The notes below the pieces were generated by a model. The model did not search any database, had not been told where the DNA came from, and saw only the letters and a list, made by a program, of their open reading frames with translations. 64,000 bases of DNA from Mobula hypostoma (Eukaryota). Both the position numbers and the translations under genes were made by a program. Below are positions 37,007 through 51,127 of the stretch, piece by piece. The first letter of the stretch is position 1. Each line of letters begins with the position of its first letter. The DNA lies in the NCBI RefSeq assembly GCF_963921235.1, contig NC_086097.1, positions 229,650,001 through 229,714,000 of the forward strand, read 5' to 3'.

Positions 37007-40000
37007 ACGCCATGGTCCCCTACCATTAACAGAGAGGTCTATGGATCCCAGGCTGCGAAACCCTGATTTAGAGTAATGCATGATGAAAGGAGTCAGTGTG
37101 AAGTTAAACACCAACAGGAACGTGTTGGGCAGAACGGCCAGTTTTTATTACAGAAATGGTGTGTAATGCTATGTAAAGATGTTTACTTTCAGCTGGGAAA
37201 TAATTACTGTCAAATCTGCTAGACAAGAAGAATAAAAGTGTGGCCTTGGCTGATTTTAAAACCCAGGAAAATTAGCACCTTGTACTTCTGATGTTTTAGC
37301 TCAGTGCAGATAGCACAACGTGACTTAATACAATAAAATGCAGCAGCACCACTGGCTCAATAGGGAATAAGAGCATTCCTATAATTTAGGAAAGCAAATG
37401 CCACTTGGGCAACCAATTAGGATAACACAAAGCAAGTTTTCAATATAGTCACAATAGGCATTTTATATACACACACAAATATATATATTTATAAAGTAGG
37501 GATGTGCAAACACCCTAACATTTGCTTTTTTTTTCTAAAAATGTCCATCAAACCTCATAATGTTTAATGAACAGGTACTACCTACTTTCTTATGTCCTTA
37601 AGTGCATCATTCAGAAATATTGTCACATTTGGTTTAGCAGTGCAAACTAGTCTATGGGAATTGTCACTGGTGGCTATAAAATGCATATTCAGGATTGACT
37701 GATTCCATCATATAAGTTACAAACATTGCCACAATTCGCAATCACTATGTATGGTTCCTCAGTCCTCATATCCATATTTTGTAATGCACAACTTTTATAT
37801 ACAGTAATTTTCACAAAATAAATTTCCTGAACAAATTGTGCTTTATAATTAGTCCAAATCTTGGCAGAAACATAGTGCTTAAAGGGCAAGAACTGTGAAT
37901 AATGATGTGTGCTCCAAAGCCAGGAGAGTCTTATTTGTGTTCCATTGAGTGAAGCTTTTGACACTAGAAAGTGCATTTTGACTACTGCTTTCAAATAAAT
38001 GGCATCACTATTGCACTTTTTTTTGATTAAAAATGTTCTCATTAACTAAAACATACTTGTGTAATTTAGATATTTTTGTTATTAGTCAGAGGTATTTTCC
38101 CTGTTTGATTTTACAAGCTAAAATAACAAAATTTGGAGATTATTCCTGCCTTAGGAACAAACTATCTCAGAATTCCTGATGACTTCAATAAACTAACCAT
38201 ACTGTCATTTCACAAGAATTATTGAAAAGCTATTGAAGTTGGCTGAGGGTTTCCTTGTAACTGGTTTGTAAATAAATTTTCCAATGCACTTAATGGAGTA
38301 ATATTAACAGAGTAGAAATGCCCCAAGGAAAATTCTTTGAACCCCTGAAACATTCCACTACAACCTAGATATCCAAGTTGGTTTCAAATTAACGATCTCC
38401 GCAAATCATCAATAAGGAAAGGCAAGCTTGTCCCTTGGACTTTCCAGAGTTACAGACCACATTTACTTTCTGAAACACTAAAGAAGCTAACCCTAATAGC
38501 ATCAATTGCTTTCACAATTTTAAATAGTTTTACAAGGTGATAATGATAATGACTTCTAATCTTGTCAGGAATTGCTGTAAAACTGAGGAACATATTAAAA
38601 AAAACAGCTGAGCTACATGCAGTGTCTTGCAATGGCAATGTTATTTGGGTGGACCTAATGAAAAATGGATATACTAATTGGCAATCATTCATGTTCCCAC
38701 AAGGAAAATGGTTTCAGTTATTCTGTAAGCACTTAACTGGCTTAAACAGATTAAATTAGTGGTAAGCATCATATAATTTACAGTTTTATTAGCCAAGAGA
38801 AACAATCAGCAATTTATGGCTAATTTTCAGCCTCACAGCCTTCTTAGAAATCTAATGGTGTGGGTAACCACTTGTTCCAGAATCTACTCAATTTTCACTC
38901 CATTAATTTCAGGCATGTTCTTCAATAGGTTGAGCTGTTCACTCTTTCAACTCTCTTCCTTGGTGCTACTGACAGTGAACACACACATCAAGATTCTGCC
39001 CTATGTTAAGTGCGTTGCCTGCCACACCAAAAATGCGTTGTGCAAGTTTGCTAAGTCAGAAGAGGACTGGAGCCAACATGACAAAATTTAAACAAACCCT
39101 GGCACCCTCCAGTGGTAACGATAAACAAAACTGGCATCAATTCAATTGCACATTCCTTGTTCAATAATCCAGTTCAATGCACATCCCTAACAAGTCCACT
39201 AGTTTGTCAATCAGAACTTTGTAACATTTGTTACATTTTTTTTTGCAAATATAAAAACAAAGGTTCCTAGCCGATGTTCCACAAGGCCTTCTTAATGTTG
39301 CAGCAGAATCAGTTTTGCTTTCATAAAAGTTTATCGCACCAGTAGGGAGAAACAATTTCATCCTCCGTTCCATGGGACCCTGATTGTGCACGTCCCTTAA
39401 CATCCCAGAAAATAAGACATACTGTACATTCCAATATCTTCAAATAGGATGCAGTATTCCACGTGTTCACCTACATCTAAGTAGCTTATGTGAAGAAAAT
39501 ATAAGAAACACCAGCAGAAGGTAATTAGATTTTTTTTTTACCAGAGTAGTGAAATATCAAACTTGGTATCACATAGAGTGATTAGAGCAACTTTAAGAGG
39601 GAAGGTAGATAAGTGCATGAGGATAAAGTACGGAGGAATGTTAATAGAATAAGATCAAGTACTGTAAGTTGTAAGAAGGTTTGTACTATAAAATCTTAAA
39701 GGAATTGCATGTAATACTGCTTAGAAAGATAGTGAAGTCATGACAAAAATATAAACCATGTGAGTGTTTCACTTTGTCAACAAAGTGTTCAAAGCCATCA
39801 GGCTTCCTGAGAAGCCTCCATGACCAAACGAAAATCTGCAACACAATATCTGGTCAGTCATACTTCAAACCAATAAAAAAGCACGCTACCGAACCGCCTC
39901 ATCACTCCACTTGCTTATAGCAAGATTTCCAGGTAATGCATCTTCCGTCACAGAGATGTGAGCAAGCTTTATTCTGCTCAGTTCCACATAGACTTCTCGT

Positions 40001-40669
40001 AAGTGCATCTTGTTTGATATGAGTGTTGCTGCTACAGTTATAAATTTATTTAAAAAAAACATTTAGTGCTTCAAAAAAAAAACATTCTTAGTAGCTGCCC
40101 AAACAAAAAAATTCTTCTCAAAGGCTTTTCACAACTCGCCTCTAATCAATAAATCTCTGGCATGCTTTCTTCCAACGGCAGGCAGTGCACCACATGTCTC
40201 GGTTTTCCATCCCATACACTTTTCGGCATTTCTTTCCTTCTCCACGGATCTTTCTGGGAGTGAGAGAGACAAAATTTACCTTTGTGCTCTTAGAACTTGC
40301 TCTCCTTTCAGTATGGCACTTTTAATGAAAAACATGAGAACCACTGCCACGATAACTAATGACCATCTAATCAAGATGCACTTTCTCAAATCACTCAGTG
40401 CAGAAAACCACATTAGGCCGTTTCATCTGTGGATTATTAATTACTAAGGTAAACATTTCCGTTGTTTCTCATTAATAGACTCACCTCATATTTTATTTGC
40501 TTGACTTAGCTGAATAATTAATTTTCAGTTGAAGTTAAATTACATTTGCTTATACAGTATTAATCACTGAACCTCAACAAATTGCAAAGGATTATTTTGG
40601 TGCAGTAAGCTACCAAAATAGGCTAGAAAATCAAGGACAATTGCTTATGGTCTTTAAATGTTCTGGCTT

Positions 40670-42075
40670 CTAAGTTGTTACAGCTGGGGGTAGTAATGGG
40701 GACAAGCTCCCACTGCCTATTAAATGCTCCCAATGGCGTGCGCTTCAAATAGCCTCTGCCAACCCAGTCCAACTCCTGGCCTTCATGTGTGGCTTAGTTA
40801 CTAAGCCTGGTGGAACGGTTTCTACTGACAGGGGAAGGGACAAAGGCAGGTTACTGGCACTTTAAAATCAGTTGCTTCGGGCAGATGGGGCTCGTCAGCC
40901 ATGGTTGGCAGCTCATCTAGAAGGAAGACTCTGATCTCAAACCCCAGCTGTTTTGTGGCCATACCCACTCATAGGGAAGGCTTCGGGAGAAAACTGTGAG
41001 GGAAGGTCCAGAGCTGTACTCCCTAAAGCAGGGGTCCCCAACCTTTTTTGCACCGCGGACCAGTTTAATATTGACAATATTCTTGCGGACCAGCCGACCG
41101 GTGGGGGGGGGGGGGTGGTGTTCAAGTAGGGTTAAACTCACCTCAACATGTCTTTTACAGTTAGAGTTGCCAACTTTCTCACACCCAAATAAGGGTCAAA
41201 TCCTGACGAAGGGTCCCGGCCGAAACGTCAACTGTACCTCTTCCTATAGATGCTGCCTGGCCTGCTGCATTCACCAGCATTTTGTGTGTGTTGACGGGAC
41301 ACTTTTGTTTACCTCGAGAAAGACTACCATGACCATGAAGCCTTGTGCGGTCACCTGTGTGCGCATGCGCGCCGATTTTTTCCCACAAATCAGTTTTGGC
41401 TTAATCTTCCTGACTACACTGTACATACATTATTTCTATTTATATAGGCTGTGTACTTATCATATCATTCCTGATTTTACTATATGTTAGTGTTATTTTA
41501 GGTTTTATGTGTTATTTGGTATGACTTGGAAGGTTATTTTTTGGGTCTGGGAACACTCAAAAATTCTTCTCATATAAATTAATGGTAATTGCTTCTTCGC
41601 TTTACGCCATTTCTGCACGTAAGGTTTAATAGGAACGCTCTACCTTAGTGGGGGAAATACAGGACAAGGGCGGTCCATATAGGACAAACCAATTTAGCCC
41701 AATATACGGGAGGTCCCAGCAAATACAGGACAGTTGGCAACCCTATGTTCAAGTTCAGCAGTGCGTGACAGGGAATGAGGAAAGGTGCAGCTGACTCATA
41801 TTGTTTCCTTGCAGCCCAGTAGCACATGCTTTGCGGCCCGGTGGTTGGGGACCGCAGCCCTAAGGCAGTCTTGCACTGAGTTCAACCATGGCTAGTAACT
41901 CCTGCAACGTTGCTGGTGTCAAACTGTTTCCATCTCTGCCATTCCTTTGGGGTCATCAGCTGTGTGGAGTTGTTACGTGTGCAAAATCTTGCTCTCCATA
42001 TCGTAGTGCCTCAGCTTGTTCCAGACAGCTAGAACACAACATCTATGGTCGACATTGACCAATGGAGGCCTCAGA
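40670..42075 (+). mobile_element. RTE-type 5'-UTR-derived repeat, interrupted by a hAT MITE (41029-41857)
   Basis: Homologous to the reverse complement of 8680-9150 on both sides of the MITE. Confidence 0.55.
41029..41857. mobile_element. hAT-type MITE containing a second MITE (~41162-41746) that itself contains a Penelope pLTR piece (~41201-41293)
   Basis: TIR CAGGGGTCCCCAACC / GGTTGGGGACCGCAG with TSD CCCTAAAG/CCCTAAGG; inner TIR TAGAGTTGCCAACT / AGTTGGCAACCCTA. Confidence 0.8.
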
Positions 42076-42832
42076 GTTTAAACATTCCATCAACTGTAGG
42101 CTAATGAACATTTTATTTAGCATCACTTGCTGGGAAACTCAGAAATGTGCACAAAGCCAAAGGTATTCTGTGTTACTGGGAAGGCCTTATAGTTGGAAAA
42201 GCTGTCCCCCACCACTGACCAATGTACAAGCGAATCAGAGAATTGACCTAGCCAGGATGGGGATTGTACGGTATGAGGTCGAGGCCGGAGATTGTTAGGG
42301 AAGGTCAGGGTGAGTTTCAAGGTCCCTGTGATTAACAGTGGGCTGAAATGCAAGGAAGGTGTTCTGTGGGTGGATTGATGGGTGGGGAACGGCTTTGGTC
42401 AGGTTACTGGAATCAGAATGGGAGAGTCTGGGAAGGAACAGGAAAAGTACATTCTTCAGAGGAGATCAACTGAGGCTGCTTTATAGAACTGAATTCCGTG
42501 GGCTCGAACATATTCAGCAAGGTACCCTTGAAGTGACGATGAAACAGGCATTGTATAAGCAGAAAAGACTGCTTCTGCATGAGGGGATGGCAGACAAAGT
42601 AAAAAAAAAAGCCTAGGTATACAATGCCTCACTGCACGTCTCTCTTCCCTGTAGAATTGCAGGTTTGAAGTACAAAGGAACAGGGGGAAAAAAAACTGCA
42701 GAATGCAGTGAGTCTCAGCATTTCTTTTAAATCCCATTTTTCACTAAAACTGAATCACATAACACACAAAGCTAACAAGCCACATAATCATATTTTAGGT
42801 GCACCTTTTAATAATAAATGTCCAGAATTATA

Positions 42833-44339
42833 CAGTATTGTGCAAAAGCCTTGAGCACATGTAAAAAAAATTCTGTACAGCAAAGATGCCTTCAAAAATA
42901 ATGAAAAGTTTCTAAATGTCAGAAAAAAACTATAAAGAGCTGTAAACAGTATAAATCTACATCAAATCAATATCAGATGTGACCACCCTTTGCCCTTAAA
43001 GCTGCATCAATTCTGTAAGGTTGACTGTTGAGCAGTTTTATAAGAAAATCGGCTGGTATTGTTCCAAGCATTTTGGTGAACTTGACATAGTTCTACTGCA
43101 GACTTTTGTTGTCTCTCCAGGTAATCCCAGACAGCTTTGATGATGTTGAAATCAGGGCTCTGTGGAGGCCATCCCATCTGAACTCCTTGTTCTTTGTGAC
43201 CATAGCCGTGAGCTTGAGGTTCTTGTCCTGCTGCAGAATGAAGACTGTACTGACGAGACTCCTCCCTGACGGTCCTGTGTGATGGATGAGAATCTGCTTG
43301 TACTTCTCAGCATTGAGGATTCCATTCGTGCTGACCAGATCAACAACTCCATTTGTAGAATTGCAGCCCCAAACCTGCAGGGAACCTCCGCTGTGCTTCA
43401 CTGTTGGCTGCAGGTACTTATCCATGCAGCGCTCTCCAGCTCCTCTACAAACTGCCTCCTGTTTAAGCCAAAAATTTCAAATTTTGACTCATCAGTCCTG
43501 AGCACTTGCTGCCATTGTTTAGCATCTTGGTCCTTGTGTTTTTGTGCGTAACTGAGTTTCTTGGCTTTGGTTCCACTTCAAAGGAATGTTTTTTTTTGGC
43601 AGCAACTCTTCCATAGAGACCACTTCTCACGGGACTTCTCCGGTGTGTAGAGGGGCATACCTGGGCCCCAGTGGTTTCTGTGAGGTCAGAACTGATAGCA
43701 GTACTTCTGATTTAGAAGGGATGCCAGTTTGATGTATCTCTTGTCTGCTACACTCAGTGTTTGTGGCTGACGACTGCATTTTTACATCCTCAACCTTGCC
43801 TGTTCCTTTGTGCTTCTTCAGAAGAGCTTGGACCACACATCTTGAAACTCCTGTCGGCCGTGAAATCTTGGGAGAGACTTTGCCGATGCAGGACGACCAC
43901 CCTGTGTTTTGTTGCTATGCTCACTCTTGCCATAGTGTAAGAATTGATGATTTGAAGGTTAAACGGTCACGTCTGCCACACCCTCACCTTTCAGTTTGGT
44001 TGTCCTTCGCCCAGTTTGGTTCCTTCTACACCCATTTCTGTTTCAGTTAAATCAGTTTAGTTCATTCATTGATCACTAGCACCAGTTTATTATATTTGTT
44101 TAATCAAGCACTGGGTAATATACCTACAAAGTAATTAAGTTTTTAATTTGAAAAGTGGTCTATCACTTAAAAAGTTACTTACTTTTACGAAATACAAAAA
44201 TTTCTCTGTAACATTTAATTTTTTGGGCATCAAAAACATGCTCTTTTCTACTGACACTAATGCAGAAGACAAAATATAAATATCAAAACAAAGTCTCTAT
44301 AAAAAAATCTCAGGTGCCCAAGACTTTTGCACAGTACCG
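42833..44339 (-). mobile_element. Tc1-family DNA transposon, degenerate transposase
   Basis: TIRs CAGTATTGTGCAAAAG / CTTTTGCACAGTACCG flanked by TA; TDESKFEIFG, PTVKHSGGSLQVWGC and FILQQDK motifs on minus at ~43090-43840. Confidence 0.88.
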
Positions 44340-44904
44340 TATACCAACAAAATTATTTCTCAATTCAAACAAGAAATGGCTCATTATTAAAAACATGTAA
44401 TACCCTGAACAAAAGGTCACATTTTATTCTGCCTCTATCAACTTTGTTTCATGAGTAAGTATTTTGGGTCAACTATAATGAAAGAAATGTGTTTTGAATG
44501 GTTTGCAATTGGCCTTGACGATGTATTGTGCACTGACAGTGAGCAATGTATACTGTACCTTGCTCCAACCACAGGTCTTGGTGGAGAGGAAAGAGAAGAG
44601 ATGGGCTGCTGTCGCTGTTCTCCAGCATTCACGGAATGACTATGGGTTGGCGAAACCTAGCAACACAGAGAGAAATTTCCATCAGTCCCACTGACTTTCG
44701 ACTCCAGTGGCAAGTGAACTTAGCAATCCCACCTTATGTTAGACAGAAAGCCTGTAAAATGAAGCACGCATTACACTCTGATGATTTATTTTAAAAGGGT
44801 GTACAAGATTAAAATTCTTTTAGAAATGTAGTTATGTCTTCTGCCATATGTTCATCAAAAGACTATATATCCTCCAAGAAAATATAAATAAATAAACCTT
44901 CTTT

Positions 44905-45385
44905 CTGAGTCACAAAACACTTCAGCACAAAACCAGGTTCTTTGGTCCATCTAGTCTGTGCCGAACCATTAATCTGTCTTGTCCCATTGACATGCACCCG
45001 GATCACATCCCTCTCATCCATGTACCTGTCGAAATTTCTCTGAAATGTTGGAATCAACACCACAGTGACCACTTGTGGAGGCAGCTTGTCCACGCTCTCA
45101 CCACCCTCTCTGAGTGAAGGAGTTCCCCTTAAATATTCCACCATTCACCCTTACCCCATGACCCCTAGCTCTAATCTCACCCAACCTCAGTGGAAAAAGC
45201 CTGCTTGTATTTACCCTATCTATACCCCTCATAATTTTGTATTAAATCTCCCCTCAATCTTTCACTTTCTAGGGGATAAAATCCAAACCTATTCAACCTT
45301 TCTCTATAACTCAGGTCCTCAAGTCCTGGCAACATCCTTGTAAATTTTCTCTGGGCTCTTTCAGTTTTATTTACACCTTTCCAGA
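44905..45385 (-). mobile_element. CR1 3' fragment (degenerate)
   Basis: FTRMLPGLEDLSYRERLNRFGFYPL-like remnant plus CR1 3' UTR. Confidence 0.65.
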
Positions 45386-45686
45386 AGATACTTCACAGGT
45401 GTACGTCCTTAGAAGGAACCCATTATTGGAGAGTTTTGAAAATAATTCAATACCAATATGTATTTTGATAGCCAGAGCCCATCAATTTCAATGGCTATAA
45501 ATTCTAACTGTACAAAAAGCACTCTTTGCATGTTAAAAGTTAGTTTCAAATTGTATAGTCCAGAATTTACTAACAAGAGTCATTGTCTAAATAGAGTAGT
45601 TGAAGAGCCGCACAGTATCAAACTCGGAGAGTGGTTTAATTTTCAACTTCATCTCATAGTCTAAGTCTAAGTCCCACTTAAAAGGG

Positions 45687-46326
45687 GAGGAGACGATGGC
45701 AGCGTGACGCAGTGTGCGTGGCCGCTCTGAAATGATATCATATTTGTAAGTAGGATGCTGTGCACAATCCTGATTTGATGGAGACAGACGTGAGAAGCAC
45801 AGAGGAAAGTCTGGAGAAACTTCTGAAATGCCCGCTTCACTGCTGCTGCTACTGTGCCATTGAGAATCTCCGGAGCGGAAGGCCCCAAATTCTTGGCTTT
45901 GCCTATTTCCTATTGCTGGGGTCGGGGTCGAAGCGCTTGGCAAAGATGGTGCTCGGTGCTCAGTGTCGGAGGGCTGGTCGGAGGCTCGGAGTTTTTGGAC
46001 AGACTCAAGAGTCGGCTGTCGTCGGGTGCTTCCAGGGTGCTGCATCGGCAAGTTTGCGGCGCTGGAAGCTCATGGCAGAGAGAGTTTTTTTCTTCCTTCT
46101 ACCGTCTGCGTGAGATGATGAGACTTCCGAGAGACTTTGAGACTTTTTTTTACCGTGCCCATGGTCTGTTCTTTATCAAATTACGGTATTGCTTTGCACT
46201 GTTGTAACTATATGTTATAATTATGTGGTTTTTATCAGTTTTTTTTAGTCCTGGTTTGTCTTGAGTTTCTGTGATATCATTCTGGAGGAACATTGCATCG
46301 TGTCCTCATAATCTAATCTAACCTAA
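45687..46326 (+). mobile_element. Non-autonomous non-LTR element, (TCTAA)n tail
   Basis: Homologous to the reverse complement of 3132-3761. Confidence 0.7.
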
Positions 46327-46601
46327 ATGTATAAGAAGAGAACTTAGACAGGCACCCAGTGATGTACAAAAAAATGCTGTACTGTCAAGAGACTGTGTAT
46401 GGGCTAAATGTTAAATTGGAGATTAACATTAAACTATTAAACTAAATACATTCTCAGCAGTATGTTACTAATCTCAAGGCATCATTATCCTGTGTCCTGG
46501 CCAATATCTACCCCTGAGGAACTATCACTAAAAAGCTCATTGGAAGGTGATTGACCTGAAGAACACTAGCTCTGTTTCTCCCTAGATGGATGCTGCATGA
46601 A

Positions 46602-46768
46602 ATTCTCCTATCACTTTGGATCTCCCCCTCCACCTCCAACTTTCAAATCTCTTACTCACTCTTCCTTCAGTTAGTCCTGACGAAGGGTCTCGGCCTGAAA
46701 CGTCGACTGTACCTCTTCCTAGAGATGCTGCCTGGCCTGCTGCGTTCACCAGCAACTTTGACGTGTGT
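46602..46768 (+). mobile_element. Solo Penelope pLTR piece with hammerhead motif (46673-46708)
   Basis: Near-identical to ~35075-35243; 11-bp TSD TGCTGCATGAA (46591-46601, 46769-46779). Confidence 0.85.
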
Positions 46769-47227
46769 TGCTGCATGAACTGTTGAGGCTTTCCAGCACT
46801 TCTTCTATTTTTCAGATTTTCAACGTGCAGAATATCACTTTTGCGCTTACAATAACTTACCTGGTACCTTTCCCACTGCTGCTTTTGACAGGTTGCTGTT
46901 CACAATGTGGCTGATTGCTTCCAGGTTAAAATAATGATTATACATCAGAAAGGGACCTTACTTGCTGCAAGGCATACTAGGAAGTTTAAAGGTTTTAATA
47001 GGTGCAAAATAATACCATTCTTACTTCTGTTGTTTTAAAAAAATCTTCTGGGGTAATATTTAACCACTGTTTGAGAGGTAAGCTAACCAAGTGGATCACA
47101 AAGCCAGTATAGTAATAGATTCCATCACGAGTGGAAGATTTGCTCTAAATGTCCACAACCCACTCAGTAAAGATAGAAACTACTTGCAAAAGTCCTTACT
47201 GATTGCATGAAAATTAAAGTTGTTGTA

Positions 47228-47805
47228 CTGAGAGCATCCTGAGCAGCTGCATCACTGCCTGGTTCGGAAATTGCACCATCTCAGATCGCAAGACCCTGCA
47301 GCGGATAGTGAGGTCAGCTGAGAAGATCATCGGGGTCTCTCTTCCCACCATTACAGACATTTACACCACATGCTGCATCCATAAAGCAAACAGCTTTATG
47401 AAGAACCCCACGCACCCCTCATACAAACTCTTCTCCCTCCAGCCATCTGGCAAAAGGCACCAAAGCATTCGGGCTCTCACGACCAGACTATGTAACAGTT
47501 TCTTCCCCCAAGTCATCAGACTCCTCAATACCCAGAGCCTGGACTGACACCAACTTACTACCCTCCACTGTGCCTATTGTCTTGTTTATTATTTATTGTA
47601 ATGCCCCACTGTTTTGTGCACTTTATGCTGTCCTGGGTAGGTCTGTAGTCTAGTGTAGTTTTGTGTTGTTTTACGTAGTTCAGTGTAGTTTTTGTATTGT
47701 TTCATGTAGCACCATGGTCCTGAAAATCGTTGTCTCGTTTTTACTGTGTACTGTACCAGCAGTTATGGTCGAAATAACAATATAAAGTGACTTGACTTGA
47801 CTTGA
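47228..47805 (+). mobile_element. Rex1/Babar-like LINE 3' fragment
   Basis: ESILSSCITAWFGNCTISDRKTLQRIVRSAEKIIG..HPSYKLFSL.PSGKR; (GACTT)n tail. Confidence 0.85.
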
Positions 47806-50105
47806 TAGAATACAGTGGTACATAACATAGTAATCTATGAATATCCACTGGTCCTGAAACTCTAAAATGTTTTGGGGCATGTCATTACAACTGGTACAAT
47901 AACCCTAGGGAACAGGAGTAATCCATTCTTGGCATTAAAAGTCCAAGGGAACACGCATGGAGAATGCCCAATGCAATATCCTCTGCCAGTTCTAGCATCC
48001 CCTCTTTTATAGACAAGACAATAAGATGTAGGAACAGAATTATGCCACTCTACCCATTGAGCCTGCTCACTCATTCTATCACGGTCCATTTATTTTCCTT
48101 TTCAACCCTATTCTCCCGCCTTCTCCCGTGATCTTTGAAACCCTTACAAATCAACAGCCTATCAACCTCTGCTTTACATACTGTATACCAAATGACTTGG
48201 CCTCCACGGCTCTCTGTGGCAATGAATTCCACAGATTCAGCACCCTCTGGCTAAAGAAATTCCTTCTCATTGCTGTTCTAAAAGGATGTCCTATTCTGAG
48301 GCTGTGTCCTCCGGGCCTAGACTCTCCTGGATGAGCAGCCAATTGTAGACTGAAGTCAGCATGGTCTGCCCCATCACAACTGGTGTGATCTGGTTCAATT
48401 TCCCCTGGGTGCTGTCCAAGACCCATGTATCCTCCTGCCTTCTGTCGAGCACATGAAGGAACTCCAAGGGAGTTCAATAATTCTCTTAATGTATCTTTGT
48501 ACAGCAGAGTCCCCCTTGTTACTTTCCACCACAAAAAAAAAGTTTTACATTGATTGCAGAGAACCTTAGCATTTCAGATGTAACAAAGCTGGGGTTTTCC
48601 CCAGCTTTCAGCTCCTGTTGACAACTGTGCTGGATTAAAATTTCCGGGCAAGATGGCAGAAGTTTCCTTTTGTGCTTTGGAAATGTGGAGATTTCATATC
48701 AGTTGAAATCTTGCATAAACAGCCTTCAAGAGGAAATAAAAAAAAGCCTTAGCGCTCAAAACAATAGGATGCTGGTTTTGAGTCATAGGATTTACTCAGC
48801 AATGATCGCAGCTATGGGAAATCTTAACCAGACAGCACTACACTGGTGTCAAAGTGACTGTGAATGAAATAGCCAGCAGCTCAGGGTTGGCACATGAATA
48901 GCCCACATGCCCAAAATGGCATACACAAATATTTTGCTGCCATGTTACATGCAGTGTTGCCTCCCCACCTCGTTTCATTAGACCCCCGCCCAACTGAAAG
49001 TATTTAAACATGACGCTGAAAATGGCACTTTTAAATATTTCCAAACATTAAAAAAAAATCAAATGACAAATATTAAAATTCTTGAAAAGTCATTCAGAGC
49101 CTTCCAATGCAACTTATGAGTATCACTGGTTCAGCTACTGGACGACTTTCTTTAAGATTCGTAAGTTCAGGTCATTTGAAGAAACTGATAAATCCATGAA
49201 GTATGCAAATAGTGTAACATTAGTCATGGGAGTGGATTGATTTGGATAATTTTGAAATGCAATGAACTGATTTACAGAGCAGCTCAGTTTGGAGACAAAA
49301 AGTTGTCGATTTAAGAGCCAAACTAGAAAATATTAAAAGAGGGATGGATCACTAAAATCAAATCTGAATCTCTGAAATCCCATACCTGAAACATTCAAAT
49401 GACTGAGAAAAATATCAGTGGCAATATTAACATTTCTTTGGACCATAAGAAATAATATATGAAAATATATTTTCATCACCATATGTAAGTCATAAACACA
49501 AGATTCTGCAGGTGCTGGAAAACCAGAGCAACACACACAAAATGCTGGAGGAACTCAGCAGGTCAGGCAGCATTGATGAAGAGGAATAAATTATCTACAT
49601 TTTGAGTTGTGACCCTCCATCAGGACTGGAAAGGAAGGGGAAAGAAGCATTCTGTGTGTGATATTCACGTGAGTCATTGTTTTCAGTGATAAACTTGGTC
49701 AAGTCCAATCACTGGAGTAGACTTCCTGAAGGAACTAGTACTATGCACGGCTCTCAAAACAACCAAATACAAGACAGCTATAAAAATATTTGTCATTGTT
49801 AGTGCAGCAACACAAGTCCTACTGAGAGTAAAGTGTGTTCATTTTCCTTTCCTTGATCTTTTCTGAATAGGCACCAAAGCTCATATTTACACATTCACAT
49901 TTCTTATACGTATGAGGCACAACATCAATGCTATTTAGAAATGATGTTAGTTTTCAATTGTCTTTTTAAAAGATTAATATCAATAAATTTTGAACAGGTT
50001 TTCTGAAGTGTTTCATTTATTTCAGTCTGTTTCTGTTATTAATAGTAAAAGAATGAATGCACCTAAAAAAGCAACAGGACTCAGCCTTTTTCTTTAAAAG
50101 AGTCC

Positions 50106-50139
<34 letters not shown>

Positions 50140-50420
50140 TAAGAAGGGTCCTGATCACGGGTCTCGGCCCAAAACATGGGCTGTTTACTCTTTTCCATGG
50201 ATGCTGTCTGGCTTGCTGCGTCCCTCCAGCACTTTGTGTGGATTGCCATGATTATTAATTCCATAAGATCGTAAGATATAGGAGCAGACTTGGGCCATTT
50301 CGCTCATTGAGTCTGCTCCGCCGTTTGATCATGGCTGATCCATTTTCCCCCTCAGTCCCAATCTCCTGCCTACTCCCCGTATCCCTTCATGCCCTACATA
50401 ATCAAGAATTGATCAACCTC

Positions 50421-51127
50421 TATACACCAGTCATTGAAAGTGGGCATGCAGGTACAGCAGGCGGTGAAAAAGACGAATGGTATGCTGGCATTTATAGCGA
50501 GAGGATTTGAGTATAGGAGCAGGGAGGTACTACTGCAGTTGTACAAGGCCTTGGTGAGACCACACCTGGAGTATTGTGTGCAGTTTTGGTCCCCTAATCT
50601 GAGGAAAGACATCCTTGCCATAGAAGGAGTACAAAGAAGGTTCACCAGATTGATTCCTGGGATGGCAAGGACTTTCATATGAAGAAAGACTGGATGAACT
50701 GGGCTTGTACTCATTGGAATTTAGAAGATTGAGGGGGGATCTGATTGAAACGTATAAGATCCTAAAGGGATTGGACAGGCTAGATGCAGGAAGGTTGTTC
50801 CCGATGTTGGGGAAGTCCAGAACGAGGGGCCACAGTTTGAGGATAGAGGGGAAGCCTTTTAGGACCGAGATTAGGAAAAACTTCTTCACACAGAGAGTGG
50901 TGAATCTGTGGAATTCTCTGCCACAGGAAACAGTTGAGGCCAGTTCATTAGCTATATTTAAGAGGGAGTTAGATATGGCCCTTGTGGCTACGGGGATCAG
51001 GGGGTATGGAGGGAAGGCTGGGGCGGGGTTCTGAGTTGGATGATCAGCCATGATCATAATAAATGGCGGTGCAGGCTCGAAGGGCCGAATGGCCTACTCC
51101 TGCACCTATTTTCTATGTTTCTATGTT
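50421..51127 (+). mobile_element. CR1 3' fragment, same young subfamily as 1592-2623, nested in an older minus-strand CR1 end
   Basis: Near-identical sequence and (TTCTATGT)n tail; frameshift near 50668. Confidence 0.92.

Noticed and set aside
37000..40660. Long repeat-poor AT-rich stretch with small ORFs
   Set aside because: No recognisable coding signal; it might hold regulatory elements, but nothing can be supported from sequence alone.
46850..46970. Perfect minus-strand splice donor (CAG|GTAAGT) near 46860
   Set aside because: The upstream segment has stops in all frames from the nearest acceptor and resembles an ancient DeuSINE-like remnant.
50106..50140. (AAT)n-(TAT)n hairpin
   Set aside because: Short microsatellite palindrome with nothing else supporting a function.
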